A DNA stretch of 32,000 nt from an uncultured archaeon (GCA_964551375.1 CAZKBG010000001.1:60001-92000), one strand, 5' to 3'; positions 1 to 8,409 are shown, counted from the first letter of the stretch. Notes: generated by a model from the letters alone, not told the origin. Program-made: numbers and translations.

Positions 1-90
1 CAACTGACGTAAAGAATTGATAAAGTCCTTCATTTAGCCAATTTGACGCACTTTAGAGTTTCGTCTGATTTTGAAAGTGGCTCAAAATGC

Positions 91-252
91 CCTAAAATCA
101 ACCCTTTTTCAATGCGTAATGTCGGATAATCATTCTTATCCGGTATTTCCCCTTCACAAAATATGTAAGTTTTTTTAAAAGTGCCCTGAATAATTTAGTA
201 GTGGAAGTCCGCCACCGTGGGGGTGGCATAAATAAAGGTGGCCTAAAATCAA
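91..252. repeat. Two exact copies of the 11-mer CCTAAAATCAA (91-101 and 242-252) in a non-coding region, each in a related GTGGC/TGCCC context
   Basis: Read directly: aaagtggctcaaaatgCCCTAAAATCAAcc (74-103) versus aaaggtggCCTAAAATCAAaag (234-255). A third related stretch is aaaagtgccctgaataatt (177-195). Confidence 0.5.
211..227. other. GC-rich hairpin GCCACC-gtggg-GGTGGC (6-bp stem, 5-nt loop) in an otherwise AT-rich non-coding stretch
   Basis: Perfect inverted repeat read directly. It lies about 100 nt upstream of ATG 328. Function unknown. Confidence 0.4.
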
Positions 253-295
253 AAGTATGGAAAACAGCCCCTATATTGTTATGTATAAAGTAAGA

Positions 296-303
296 TTAAT
301 ATT
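296..303 (+). promoter_or_regulatory. TATA-like box TTAATATT about 28 nt upstream of ATG 328
   Basis: The same TATA-to-ATG spacing (about 22-29 nt) recurs at many genes in this window. No Shine-Dalgarno-like purine run lies in between. Confidence 0.35.
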
Positions 304-327
304 TGAGTTTGGCAGTTAATTTTCCTT

Positions 328-516
328 ATGAAAGCGCCAAAAACAATAACAAGCCGAGGAGTCCTTGGACTTAGGACTTCAAAAAAAGCCAGGCCAATGA
401 GTTCAACAACTGCTTGGGCAGCTGGGGGCCAAAATCCAGCTAGGAAAATGACTCGAAAACAGGAGCGGCTGATGAAAGATTATCTGCGCTACTTGGAAGA
501 GAATCGCAAACAATGA
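328..516 (+). CDS. Small basic hypothetical protein (62 aa)
   Basis: ATG-initiated ORF with a TATA-like box at the leaderless spacing. It is Lys/Arg-rich and I recognise no family. Confidence 0.4.
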   Translation: MKAPKTITSRGVLGLRTSKKARPMSSTTAWAAGGQNPARKMTRKQERLMKDYLRYLEENRKQ

Positions 517-847
517 CTGGGGTTATCGCAGACAATGAATTGAATTGTTGTCCACAGATCTATCCAAATCAACACACAAAACAAACCCTATTTTTTCATT
601 AAACTGATTTTAAGCATTTTTGACTAATTTCAGCCTAAATTTGAACTTTATTTGTTATGGTGGCTTATGGCTAATTAGTGGCTAAAGTTAGATAATGGTT
701 ATTTTGAAGGGGGGTTGGGGATTGTAAAAAATGTCCAAGAAAGTGAGTGAATTTATTGAAAAACATAATTTTTGAGGCAGGTAAAGCCCAAAATAGTTAT
801 GTTTAATTAAGGAATAAAGTGTTTCTTTTGCTAATAGTTTTTTCAAC

Positions 848-1723
848 TTATTTTTTAAAGGTTTTTGGCTTGGTTGATTTTTGCTTTGCCCAAGTATCGC
901 TTCCACGGGCAAGAGCAATATTGGCAGCTACTTTGCGATACACTTTAAGCCCTGACCTAATGGCTCTTTTTATTGGGGTTCCTTTTTGTTTCTGCCCCTT
1001 TGGCGGGCCAAGTTTATCCAATAAAGGAGTAAGGCTTGGGTAGTATTTTTTTATAAGCGTTCTTGAAACCTCGTTTCGCTTATGTAGCCTCAAAGTATCA
1101 AGCAAAGTTGGGGCATATGAATAAACATGCGCTTCATTAACCACTCTAAATCTTCCCCACAATTTTAAAGTCAAAAAAGTGTCTTCATGAATTCGCTGAT
1201 CTTTTGGCATGATAATCTTTCTTGCCTCTTCCCTTCTAATGGCATAGCATCTCCCGTGAATTATTCCTTGGGTGAATGAATCAGGGTTGATTTTTGTTTT
1301 CATCACCATTTTCTTTGCGGGTTGAAATTTAGTCAATTTTTCATTCACATAAATCGCCTTTGCGCTTGCCGCGGCAAGGTTTGGCTCTTTATGGAGAGTT
1401 TTGAGCAGCTTTCCAAAACTATCTTCTTTTAGCACAACATCAGCATCAGCAAACAACAATACTTTTGACTTTGGATTGCTTCTTCTGACAAGCTCCATCC
1501 ATGCATTATTTTTTCCCTTTTCTTGTAGAACAAGCACTCTCACATGCGGGTCGCGCTTGGCAATTTCCAGCGCAATTCTTTCGCTGTTATCAGTGCTTCC
1601 ATTGATGCAAAATACAAGCTCTTTTTCAGCTGATGTTTTCCAAAGTCCGAGTCGGGTTATATTTTCATAAATATTTCTGATTGACTCTTCTTCGTTATAT
1701 GCCGGAATGCAGATTGAGAACAT
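848..1723 (-). CDS. Family 2 glycosyltransferase (GT2)
   Basis: The track ORF is 848..1768. I prefer the internal ATG at 1723 (MFSICIPAYNEEESI...), a canonical GT2 N-terminus. Motifs: IPAYNEE, NGSTDNS, FADADV (DxD). Confidence 0.85.
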   Translation of the reverse strand: MFSICIPAYNEEESIRNIYENITRLGLWKTSAEKELVFCINGSTDNSERIALEIAKRDPHVRVLVLQEKGKNNAWMELVRRSNPKSKVLLFADADVVLKEDSFGKLLKTLHKEPNLAAASAKAIYVNEKLTKFQPAKKMVMKTKINPDSFTQGIIHGRCYAIRREEARKIIMPKDQRIHEDTFLTLKLWGRFRVVNEAHVYSYAPTLLDTLRLHKRNEVSRTLIKKYYPSLTPLLDKLGPPKGQKQKGTPIKRAIRSGLKVYRKVAANIALARGSDTWAKQKSTKPKTFKK

Positions 1724-1746
1724 GAAGTAATTAGTTTTGTCTATGG

Positions 1747-1754
1747 TTATATAC
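1747..1754 (-). promoter_or_regulatory. TATA box GTATATAA (minus-strand reading) about 28 nt upstream of ATG 1723
   Basis: The plus strand reads TTATATAC at 1747-1754. The spacing supports the shorter GT2 start. Confidence 0.45.
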
Positions 1755-1860
1755 TTTTGTAAGGGCAAGAGCAGCTTTTTGGCAAGTGATTTTTTAAAAA
1801 AAAATCAAAAACCCTTAGTGAATATATTTTGTTTTAAGGAAAAAGAGTATTCTATTGGGC

Positions 1861-2502
1861 TTATTTTTCAAGAACTGAAAATGCATGTTTCCATATATTC
1901 TGCCTTGCGCCATATCTTACCCAAAGAACAACAAGCGCTTCAAGCCAATAGGACTCATTAATTTCGCCTAAATCAATTATTTTTTCCCAGCCTAATTTTT
2001 TTGCAATTTCAATAACTTGTTTTTTTGCATCCTCGTCATTTCCGCAGATGAAAAAATCAGGCGTTCCTGCTTCCATTTTTGGATTAATCATGGTGTCTGC
2101 GTTAATGGTGTTAAATGCTTTGACCACTCTTGATTTTGGGAGCCACTCCTGCACCATTGCTCCGCCTGATTTTTGGGGAGTTGAGAGAATTCCAGGCAAA
2201 TCTCCTTTTGAAAAATCAAGTGGGTTAGTGACATCAATGACAATTTTGTTTTCAAAATTTTCTTTTCCTGCAAGATTAATCGCATTCTTTAGCCCAGTCC
2301 ACTTGGCTGCGAGGACTATTATTTCTCCAAATTTTGCCGCGTCAGAAAAGCTTCCTATTGAGGCTTGTTTTCCCTTTCCCTTAAACCATGCGTTTAACTT
2401 GATAGGGTTTCTTGTCCCAATTTTGATTTCATGCCCGAGGTTCAAAAAACCTTCAGCAAGGCTTGTTCCAACAATTCCGGAGCCAAGAATTCCAATTTTC
2501 AT
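1861..2502 (-). CDS. NADP oxidoreductase, coenzyme F420-dependent family-like (NpdG/FNO-like Rossmann protein)
   Basis: N-terminal GxGxxG (MKIGILGSGIVGTSLA), about 210 aa long, with VIDVTNPL and RVVKAFNTI motifs typical of the family. Confidence 0.7.
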   Translation of the reverse strand: MKIGILGSGIVGTSLAEGFLNLGHEIKIGTRNPIKLNAWFKGKGKQASIGSFSDAAKFGEIIVLAAKWTGLKNAINLAGKENFENKIVIDVTNPLDFSKGDLPGILSTPQKSGGAMVQEWLPKSRVVKAFNTINADTMINPKMEAGTPDFFICGNDEDAKKQVIEIAKKLGWEKIIDLGEINESYWLEALVVLWVRYGARQNIWKHAFSVLEK

Positions 2503-2626
2503 TTATAACACTTCCATTATTCCTCGCGCAAAAGAAGCGATGCGCATGGAGTGTAATTAATGTGTTTAACTTGTCTAAATTTCTGTCGAAGAAAAGAGAA
2601 TGTGTGAAAAATAATCACATGTGTCT

Positions 2627-3421
2627 CTAAATGCTTTCTTTTATTGCAAAAGTAACTCTTTCCCTTCCGCGAGTTTTTGCCCTGCTGCAAAGCCTATCAG
2701 CAGTGACTTCAGCTCTTTCAATAGAATCTCCTCGTTTCATCCCAACAATTCCCGCGCTGTAATTAAACCTCAATCCTTCCTTTCTTGCTTTTGGATACAT
2801 TTTCCAGCTCTTTAATTCTTCCTGCCTTGCTCTCTCAAATTCAGTTGCAAGAAGCGCTTTTGCCGCTCTTGGAGGCATTGGGAGGTATGCTAAAAATTCA
2901 TCTCCGCCTATGTGTCCGGCAAATCCTCTGGCTTTAGGAACTACTTTTGCAAGTGAATCAGCAAAGGCGGTTAAGAATCCAAGCCCTCCTTCCTTTCTTC
3001 CAAAAAGTGTATTTACTCTTTTGAGTTCATCAATGTCAATATAAACAAGCGAGTGATATCCTTCAGATTGAGTGGATTTTAAAAGCTTTGAAAAGAAAAA
3101 TTCTCTATTAAGCAAGCGGGGAAACTCTTTGTCCCGTGAAGTAAGTTTTGCTTCCTGGAGAAGATAGTGCTGGGTAAGCCCGTGTCTTTTTGCCCTAAAA
3201 CTCTTAATTACTTTTATCTGCTCCGCGATTTTTTCCTTAGGAAAATTTTTTTGAAGCATTAATTCAAGCGTCCTAAATTCTCTTAACAGGCCCTTGTTTC
3301 CAATATCCTGCAATCTCATTAATCCTCTAATTAGTCTTGGTCCATTAGTTATTTTTACTCTCTTCCCCCTCATTTTGTAAAGCGGTTTTTTTATTCCTGT
3401 GCTCTGCGGATTTTGATGCAT
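2627..3421 (-). CDS. GGDEF-domain protein (diguanylate-cyclase-like) with an uncharacterised basic N-terminal region of about 125 aa
   Basis: C-terminal half reads LVYIDIDELKRVNTLFGRKEGG ... FAGHIGGDEFLAYLP ... NYSAGIVGM ... ADRLCSRAKTRGRERV. This is collinear with the GGDEF palm domain (DxDxFKxxND, GGDEF A-site, SxGxA, ADxALYxAKxxGRNR). No RxxD I-site lies upstream of GGDEF. A TATA-like TTAAATA (complement of 3445-3451) lies about 27 nt upstream of the ATG. Confidence 0.75.
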   Translation of the reverse strand: MHQNPQSTGIKKPLYKMRGKRVKITNGPRLIRGLMRLQDIGNKGLLREFRTLELMLQKNFPKEKIAEQIKVIKSFRAKRHGLTQHYLLQEAKLTSRDKEFPRLLNREFFFSKLLKSTQSEGYHSLVYIDIDELKRVNTLFGRKEGGLGFLTAFADSLAKVVPKARGFAGHIGGDEFLAYLPMPPRAAKALLATEFERARQEELKSWKMYPKARKEGLRFNYSAGIVGMKRGDSIERAEVTADRLCSRAKTRGRERVTFAIKESI

Positions 3422-3454
3422 AATAAACTTTTAGGCATACTTTGTATTTAACAC

Positions 3455-3970
3455 TTACTCGATGTAACTTTGTTTTGAATAAGGGCAGCACTCATCAAAT
3501 TCATCTTTTTCCTTGCTTTCCTGTTGCGTGGGGTTGTCACAGCGCCCTGACTTTAAGTATTCTTCAAAAACCTCATGCAAGTTCTTAATCAAATTATGTT
3601 CTTTGTATTCCTTTGGATTAATCCACTCAAACTTATCGTGGTCCTTGCTTAGTTTCACTTCGCTTGTTTTTGATTTGCACTTAAAAAAAATTCTCACAAT
3701 TTGAAGCTGTTCTCCTTTTACAACAGGATAAGCTTCATTAACAAAAAACGCATTTCCTACTTCAATTTGGTTATGTTTAAGTCCAGTCTCTTCTTCTATT
3801 TCTCTAAGCAAATTTTCCTGAATTGTTTTGCCCGCCTCAATTCTTCCGCCAACAACATCAAAAAATCCTTCTTGAGTTCCATCAGCATACTTTTTAGACT
3901 CGCGCAGAACAAGCACCCTGCCCTCATGCTCAATGAATGCTTTGGCAGCAACAAATAGTTTTGTTTCCAT
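3455..3970 (-). CDS. NUDIX hydrolase
   Basis: Complete Nudix box GGRIEAGKTIQENLLREIEEETGL (GX5EX7REUXEEXGU). A TATA-like AATTAATTATA lies about 28 nt upstream. Confidence 0.85.
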   Translation of the reverse strand: METKLFVAAKAFIEHEGRVLVLRESKKYADGTQEGFFDVVGGRIEAGKTIQENLLREIEEETGLKHNQIEVGNAFFVNEAYPVVKGEQLQIVRIFFKCKSKTSEVKLSKDHDKFEWINPKEYKEHNLIKNLHEVFEEYLKSGRCDNPTQQESKEKDEFDECCPYSKQSYIE

Positions 3971-4079
3971 TTAGATTATCTTGGATTTTGAAGTATAATT
4001 AATTTTGCTTTATTGTTCCTTAATTTGTTTTATTGTCCCTTAAACTTGAACTAATAACAATTAAATATGTGGAAGAAGT

Positions 4080-4511
4080 TTGATAGTTTGGACTGGGATA
4101 ATTTTGGATTTAATAAAACAGCTAAATGATGAGCACAAAGAAATTCTGTACCTGCTATCTTCGCTTGAATCAGCTGCAAAAACAGGGGTTGTGGAACAGC
4201 ACACTTTTCTTAATCAAATCACTGAATTAAAAGAACTTTTAGTAAATCATCTTGCGGTTGAAGATAATTTGTTGTATTCAAAAATCAGGCAAAGTAAATC
4301 AGCAAAAGATCGTGAAACAGGGGAAGCTTTTTCTAAAGAAATGGGCAAAATTGCTGAGAAGGCAATGAAGTTCTTTAATACGTATGATAAGATGCCGGTT
4401 TCTTCTCTCCTTAAAAACAAAAAATTTATTTCGGATTTTGAAGAAATCACTTCAGCAGTGAGAAAAAGAGTTGCAGTTGAAGAAAGTGTTTTATTTAAGC
4501 TGTATAATTAA
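4080..4511 (+). CDS. Hemerythrin-like / HHE cation-binding-like helical protein (tentative)
   Basis: His/Glu/Asp-bearing helical pattern (NDEHKEIL ... LVNHLAVEDNLLY). There is no in-frame ATG near the 5' end, so the start is TTG 4080 or TTG 4104. Confidence 0.4.
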   Translation: MIVWTGIILDLIKQLNDEHKEILYLLSSLESAAKTGVVEQHTFLNQITELKELLVNHLAVEDNLLYSKIRQSKSAKDRETGEAFSKEMGKIAEKAMKFFNTYDKMPVSSLLKNKKFISDFEEITSAVRKRVAVEESVLFKLYN

Positions 4512-4585
4512 GCTTATTTTGAAAACCCTATGATTTTAAGTTAGTGGATTTTGGGGGCAGACAAATTGTCCAATAAAGTGTGTAC

Positions 4586-4783
4586 TCATTTTTTCTTGGA
4601 TTTTTTTAACTCTTCCTCAAGAACAATGAGCTGTTTTTTGCAGGTATAAATAGTCTGGGCGGCTTCGCTAAGCCTTGATTCAGAATACAAATTTGCGTCA
4701 AGCTTTTTGTTCTTAGACTGCCTAAGCTGAGCGGAAGCAATTCTCTTTCTCAATCTGCTGATTTTTTTATGCAGTTCTGACAT
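4586..4783 (-). CDS. Small Lys-rich coiled-coil hypothetical protein (65 aa)
   Basis: ATG ORF with TATA-like GATTAAATAC (complement of 4808-4817) about 29 nt upstream. No family recognised. Confidence 0.4.
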   Translation of the reverse strand: MSELHKKISRLRKRIASAQLRQSKNKKLDANLYSESRLSEAAQTIYTCKKQLIVLEEELKKSKKK

Positions 4784-4831
4784 ATAAGTAAATTAAGCCT
4801 GCTTGTTGTATTTAATCCTGCTTTAGGTAAA

Positions 4832-4839
4832 CTATATAT
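4832..4839 (+). promoter_or_regulatory. TATA box CTATATAT about 28 nt upstream of ATG 4864
   Basis: Read directly. The gene begins ATGCAAAA with no SD, as do 6508, 10199 and 6410(-). Confidence 0.45.
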
Positions 4840-4863
4840 CCCGCAAATGAGGATAATTATGTT

Positions 4864-5562
4864 ATGCAAAACAAGCCTGTGCGAAAAAACTCTTTTTCAA
4901 AGCCAAAAGTGGACAAAACAGACCCTGCAAGATTTAGGCGAACAACAAGATTAACTTGGCATTTAATGGAAGCCTCAAGAAAGCTTGGAAGAGGCCCTCC
5001 AAACGTAAAAGCAAAAAAAGTCGCTGAACTGGTTCTTGAAAAAATTCCAACTGATTTAAACATTATTCACTCTGAAAAAAACCGCCTTTTTAGAAGAAGC
5101 GCGCATAATGCTCTGCTTTATAAAAAGCCAATCGGACCAATGCAATGCGCAGAGAGGTGCAATTTAGCAATTGCTCTTCTTAACGCATCAGGAGTAAAAT
5201 CCTGGCTTGCGCGCGTAATTTATTTAGAAAGAAAAACAAAAACTTGGCATTTTCATGATTACGCAGAATTTGTTTCCGGAGAACGCGTTTACACACTGGT
5301 TTTTGGAACAAAGCCTGACGGAAGAGGGGATTATACAATAATACCTGACGCGGTCGAACAAGTTTTTAAAGGCTCAAATCCGGTGGTGTTTAGGGCAACT
5401 GATTCAAAGCAAATAGGCGGGGTTGACAGCTGGGCAACTTACAAAGCATATTCAAGAAAGCTTAACCAGAGCTTTACAAAAGAAATGGTAAAAAATAGAA
5501 GAAGATTGGACCTGTTAATTAGAGAAGGAATAATTCCTCAAGAAGCCCTTTGGCATATTTAA
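4864..5562 (+). CDS. Transglutaminase-like / papain-fold putative cysteine enzyme, paralog 1
   Basis: KKPIGPMQCAERCNLAIALLNASGVKSWLARVIY ... WHFHDYAEF resembles the transglutaminase-core pattern G-x-C-x(3)-a-x-l-x(2)-aLLRa-x-G-I-P-A-R ... H-a-W-x-E. It is a clear paralog of 9337..10161. No signal peptide or TM segment. Confidence 0.5.
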   Translation: MQNKPVRKNSFSKPKVDKTDPARFRRTTRLTWHLMEASRKLGRGPPNVKAKKVAELVLEKIPTDLNIIHSEKNRLFRRSAHNALLYKKPIGPMQCAERCNLAIALLNASGVKSWLARVIYLERKTKTWHFHDYAEFVSGERVYTLVFGTKPDGRGDYTIIPDAVEQVFKGSNPVVFRATDSKQIGGVDSWATYKAYSRKLNQSFTKEMVKNRRRLDLLIREGIIPQEALWHI

Positions 5563-5603
5563 CGAACTTATTAATTCAGGCTCTGATAAATTCAACGCAT
5601 TGA

Positions 5604-6410
5604 TTATTTTCTACGCATTAATCTATTTTGTTTCGGCTTAAGCATGGGCAAAACGCCTTGTTGAGTTCCCCTCAAAAATCTGGCAACAGCTTTTTGCTCA
5701 AGCCAGTCATATTTTCTTTTTGCTCTTGGAAAAGATTTGTACTTGCTTTTTTGAGGAACTCTTCGCCTTGCTTTTTCAGCAATTTGTGCTCTTAAATCTT
5801 TTTCTCTAAGATTTTGCGCGGTTTTTTTAAATTTTCTTTCAGCAAGAACAGCGTCCCTTGCGCCTGCGCCAAGCCCAAATTTCGGCGGAATATTAGTTAA
5901 TTTAAAATCCTTATTAGCCCACCCATGCGGAATTTGAAGAAGCCTTGCCGCAGCCGCATCTTCTTTTAATCTTGAGCCAATCATAAGAGCATCTCTTCTT
6001 TCAATTCCCTCTCTTCGCATAATCTCAGCAATTCTAATTGCTTTCCCGAATGCTTCTTCAGAAAGATAACCTGAATCCCGTGCTCTATCAACTCGCTGTT
6101 CATATGACGCTGATTTGAATACCACTCCGTTATGCGCAGCTCTTTCAAAAAATTCTCTTTTAGTAATAGGTCTCACAATTTGAACGCTGTCAAAAATAGA
6201 AAAATCCCTGTACCCTGCCGATTTAAGCTGGTCGATTAATTTTGAAGGAGTGGTAGCCTGCGCTGTCACAAGCGTAATTTTAACACCCGCTTCAACAATT
6301 TGTTTTAACTTTAGCGGCAAATGTTTTGAAGGCGGTTTGTATGGTTTATGTTTATTTCCAGTAGGAACGACAAGAGTGTATTGGGGTTCAATAAAAAGCA
6401 TCTTTTGCAT
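5604..6410 (-). CDS. Hypothetical protein with a basic C-terminal tail; possibly a degenerate HAD-like fold
   Basis: The 268-aa ORF begins ATGCAAAA with TTAAATATAT (complement of 6429-6438) about 24 nt upstream. ALMIGSRLKEDAAAARLLQIP is reminiscent of the HAD motif III/IV region, but no N-terminal DxD nucleophile is visible (LVVPTGNK). Confidence 0.55.
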   Translation of the reverse strand: MQKMLFIEPQYTLVVPTGNKHKPYKPPSKHLPLKLKQIVEAGVKITLVTAQATTPSKLIDQLKSAGYRDFSIFDSVQIVRPITKREFFERAAHNGVVFKSASYEQRVDRARDSGYLSEEAFGKAIRIAEIMRREGIERRDALMIGSRLKEDAAAARLLQIPHGWANKDFKLTNIPPKFGLGAGARDAVLAERKFKKTAQNLREKDLRAQIAEKARRRVPQKSKYKSFPRAKRKYDWLEQKAVARFLRGTQQGVLPMLKPKQNRLMRRK

Positions 6411-6475
6411 AATTACTCTTCTTCTTTGATATATTTAACATATGAGGTTATGCCCAAGATTATAGCATATGTTAA

Positions 6476-6485
6476 TTTTATATTT
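6476..6485 (+). promoter_or_regulatory. TATA box TTTTATATTT about 28 nt upstream of ATG 6508
   Basis: Read directly. It supports ATG 6508 over the track start at 6469. Confidence 0.45.
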
Positions 6486-6507
6486 AGGAAAGTTCTATTT
6501 TCTGTGT

Positions 6508-8409
6508 ATGCAAAATAAGGATCAGAAAGGACAGGGTACTATTGAGTACTTGGTTATTATTGCAGTAGTGATTGTGATAGCGTTAGTGGTAGTTGGCTTG
6601 CTCACAGGGCTTTTTGGTGACCTTGGATTGAGCTCAATTTTTGTTACTCCTGAAATTAAAGGACAAATCGGCTCAGGCGGGGTTAGCGTAGTTGATGCTG
6701 CTTCAGACCTTGATGGAAAAATACTTTTAGTACTGCAAAATGACTCAAGCGATTCTTTTGAAATTACCGACATTAATTCAGGCGGTGGAAAATCTTCCTA
6801 CCTTCCGACAAATTTAATTTTAGGGGACGAAAGGAGATTTTTGCTTGATGCTTCAAATCTTGAATGCATATGCTCCGCGGGAGAAACCCGCAGGATTTGC
6901 GAATTTACTGTGACGCTTACTTCAGCCGCGGGGCTTATAAAACAGGAGCAAATAAAAACTACCGTTGACTGCATTTCGCAGATAGTTGACAATCCAACAA
7001 TAATTCACCCTTCAACTGTTGGTTTAATGTCTTTATCATGGGCGCGGGCGTCGCATGATATTAATCCGCCAATTGCAAATATGGAAAGCGCCGGAGAGCA
7101 AGTTGGAATTGATTCAAGTGGAAATGTATTTGTTTATGGATACGCGCATAGGGAATATACTGACATAAATTTTGGAGATGTGTATCTAAGCGCTTCCCCA
7201 AGCGAAGGAAGGTATGCATTTTTGGCAAAATATAACCCGACAGGAACTGTTTTGTGGGCAATTGGAATTCCAAATGCTTGGTCCGGAGCATACCCTCAGC
7301 CGCTTGCAGTTGATTCCAGCGGAAATGTGTATATCACTGGAAATACAGACAGCAACATAGATTTGGGCGGGGGAGTAATTTATTATTCAAATGACTGGCG
7401 TGATTTTTTCATTGCAAAAATAGCGTCAAATGGAACTCCATTATGGATTAGGGGAGCTGGCGCAAATTCAGCTAATAGCGAAGGATTTACTGTGGGGCTT
7501 GATTTAAGCGGAAATCCAATGCTTGCGGGGTTATTTGGCGGAGATTTAAATATTGACAATCACATCCTGACTGATTTAGGCGACGCGATGGTTTTTGTTG
7601 TGAAATATGATTCAGACGGAAATTATCTTTTGAGCCACACAAGCAGAATAAACGGCGCGATGAATATAAAAAATGGAATCGTTGACTCAAGTGGAAATTC
7701 ATATTTCACAGGAGTTCAGCAGGCTGATGTAAACTTTGGCGGAAATGTAACAATTGCTTCAAATGGTAACCAAAATTATTATGCAGTAAAATATGATTCA
7801 AATGGAAATCCGCTTTGGGCAAAAACAAGCTATTCAAGAAACACCGATCTTAGAAGCATTGCAATTGACACTTTGGGAAACGTGCTTTTTACAGGATATT
7901 ATTCAGGAGGATTTTTTGGAAATCCTGATTTAAATATCGGCGAAACAGTGCTTCACGGAACCAGCGCTGACAATTTATTTGTTCTTAAATATTCTTCTGC
8001 AGGGAGCCTTGTTTGGGCAAAAGTATCTGACATTTTAGGAGCTTCAACAGTTTTATTCCCTGGGGGAATGGTTTCGGATTCAGAGAACAATGTATACATT
8101 GCAGGGCAGTATAGAAGCGGGGATGCAAATTTCGGCTCAATTTATTTTCCAACACCAATTCTTTCAACATTTAATTTCTTTGTCTTAAAATATTCTTCAT
8201 TAGGAGTTCCAATTTGGGGAGATTATGCAAAAAGCTCTCAGGCGCTAATGTCGATATATTTGAATTCAATAAGTGCAAGCTCAAACGGAAGCATAGCAAC
8301 AATAGGTGAGTTTAATACAATTGACATTAATTTTGGAAGTTATATCCTTCCAGCTTTGTATGACAGAAACACGAGTTTTTTTGTGGTGAAATACGCGCAG
8401 GCACAGTAA
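6508..8409 (+). CDS. Surface protein with an archaeal class III (prepilin-type) signal peptide fused to an SBBP-type beta-propeller repeat domain
   Basis: N-terminus MQNKDQKGQGTIEYLVIIAVVIVIALVVVGLL matches the class III motif (K-G / Q-x-[ST]-x-E-x-x-x-[LI] plus a hydrophobic helix). It is followed by about 7-8 repeats of D-S-S-G-N-x-[YF]-x-[TY]-G ... [FY]-x-x-K-Y-x-x-x-G-x-x-x-W (for example FLAKYNPTGTVLWA, FVVKYDSDGNYLL, YAVKYDSNGNPLWA, FVLKYSSAGSLVWA). Confidence 0.8.
   Translation: MQNKDQKGQGTIEYLVIIAVVIVIALVVVGLLTGLFGDLGLSSIFVTPEIKGQIGSGGVSVVDAASDLDGKILLVLQNDSSDSFEITDINSGGGKSSYLPTNLILGDERRFLLDASNLECICSAGETRRICEFTVTLTSAAGLIKQEQIKTTVDCISQIVDNPTIIHPSTVGLMSLSWARASHDINPPIANMESAGEQVGIDSSGNVFVYGYAHREYTDINFGDVYLSASPSEGRYAFLAKYNPTGTVLWAIGIPNAWSGAYPQPLAVDSSGNVYITGNTDSNIDLGGGVIYYSNDWRDFFIAKIASNGTPLWIRGAGANSANSEGFTVGLDLSGNPMLAGLFGGDLNIDNHILTDLGDAMVFVVKYDSDGNYLLSHTSRINGAMNIKNGIVDSSGNSYFTGVQQADVNFGGNVTIASNGNQNYYAVKYDSNGNPLWAKTSYSRNTDLRSIAIDTLGNVLFTGYYSGGFFGNPDLNIGETVLHGTSADNLFVLKYSSAGSLVWAKVSDILGASTVLFPGGMVSDSENNVYIAGQYRSGDANFGSIYFPTPILSTFNFFVLKYSSLGVPIWGDYAKSSQALMSIYLNSISASSNGSIATIGEFNTIDINFGSYILPALYDRNTSFFVVKYAQAQ

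Noticed and set aside
1-33. Minus-strand open frame starting at the complement of 31-33 (MKDFINSLRQL...) and running off the left edge
   Set aside because: Only 11 codons are visible, so it cannot be told apart from chance.
688-1043. Track ORFs 688..918(-) and 819..1043(+)
   Set aside because: Both overlap the 3' end of the well-supported GT2 gene or lie in low-complexity A/T-rich sequence. They have no motif and no promoter-like spacing, so they are likely spurious.
2048-2560. 170-aa plus-strand ORF (and 2088..2285 on the minus strand)
   Set aside because: It is an antisense or alternative-frame shadow of the oxidoreductase gene (1861-2502), which has clear Rossmann and family motifs. The shadow product is low-complexity (Ser/Pro/Phe-rich).
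4930-4950. Twin-arginine (Tat) signal suggested by the conserved FRRTTR
   Set aside because: No hydrophobic h-region or A-x-A site follows the RR. The sequence continues with polar and charged residues in both paralogs.
6469-6507. Upstream start (MLILYLGKFYFLC) for the SBBP protein
   Set aside because: It would bury the K-G-Q class III leader. The TATA box at 6476-6485 lies inside this extension and fits ATG 6508.
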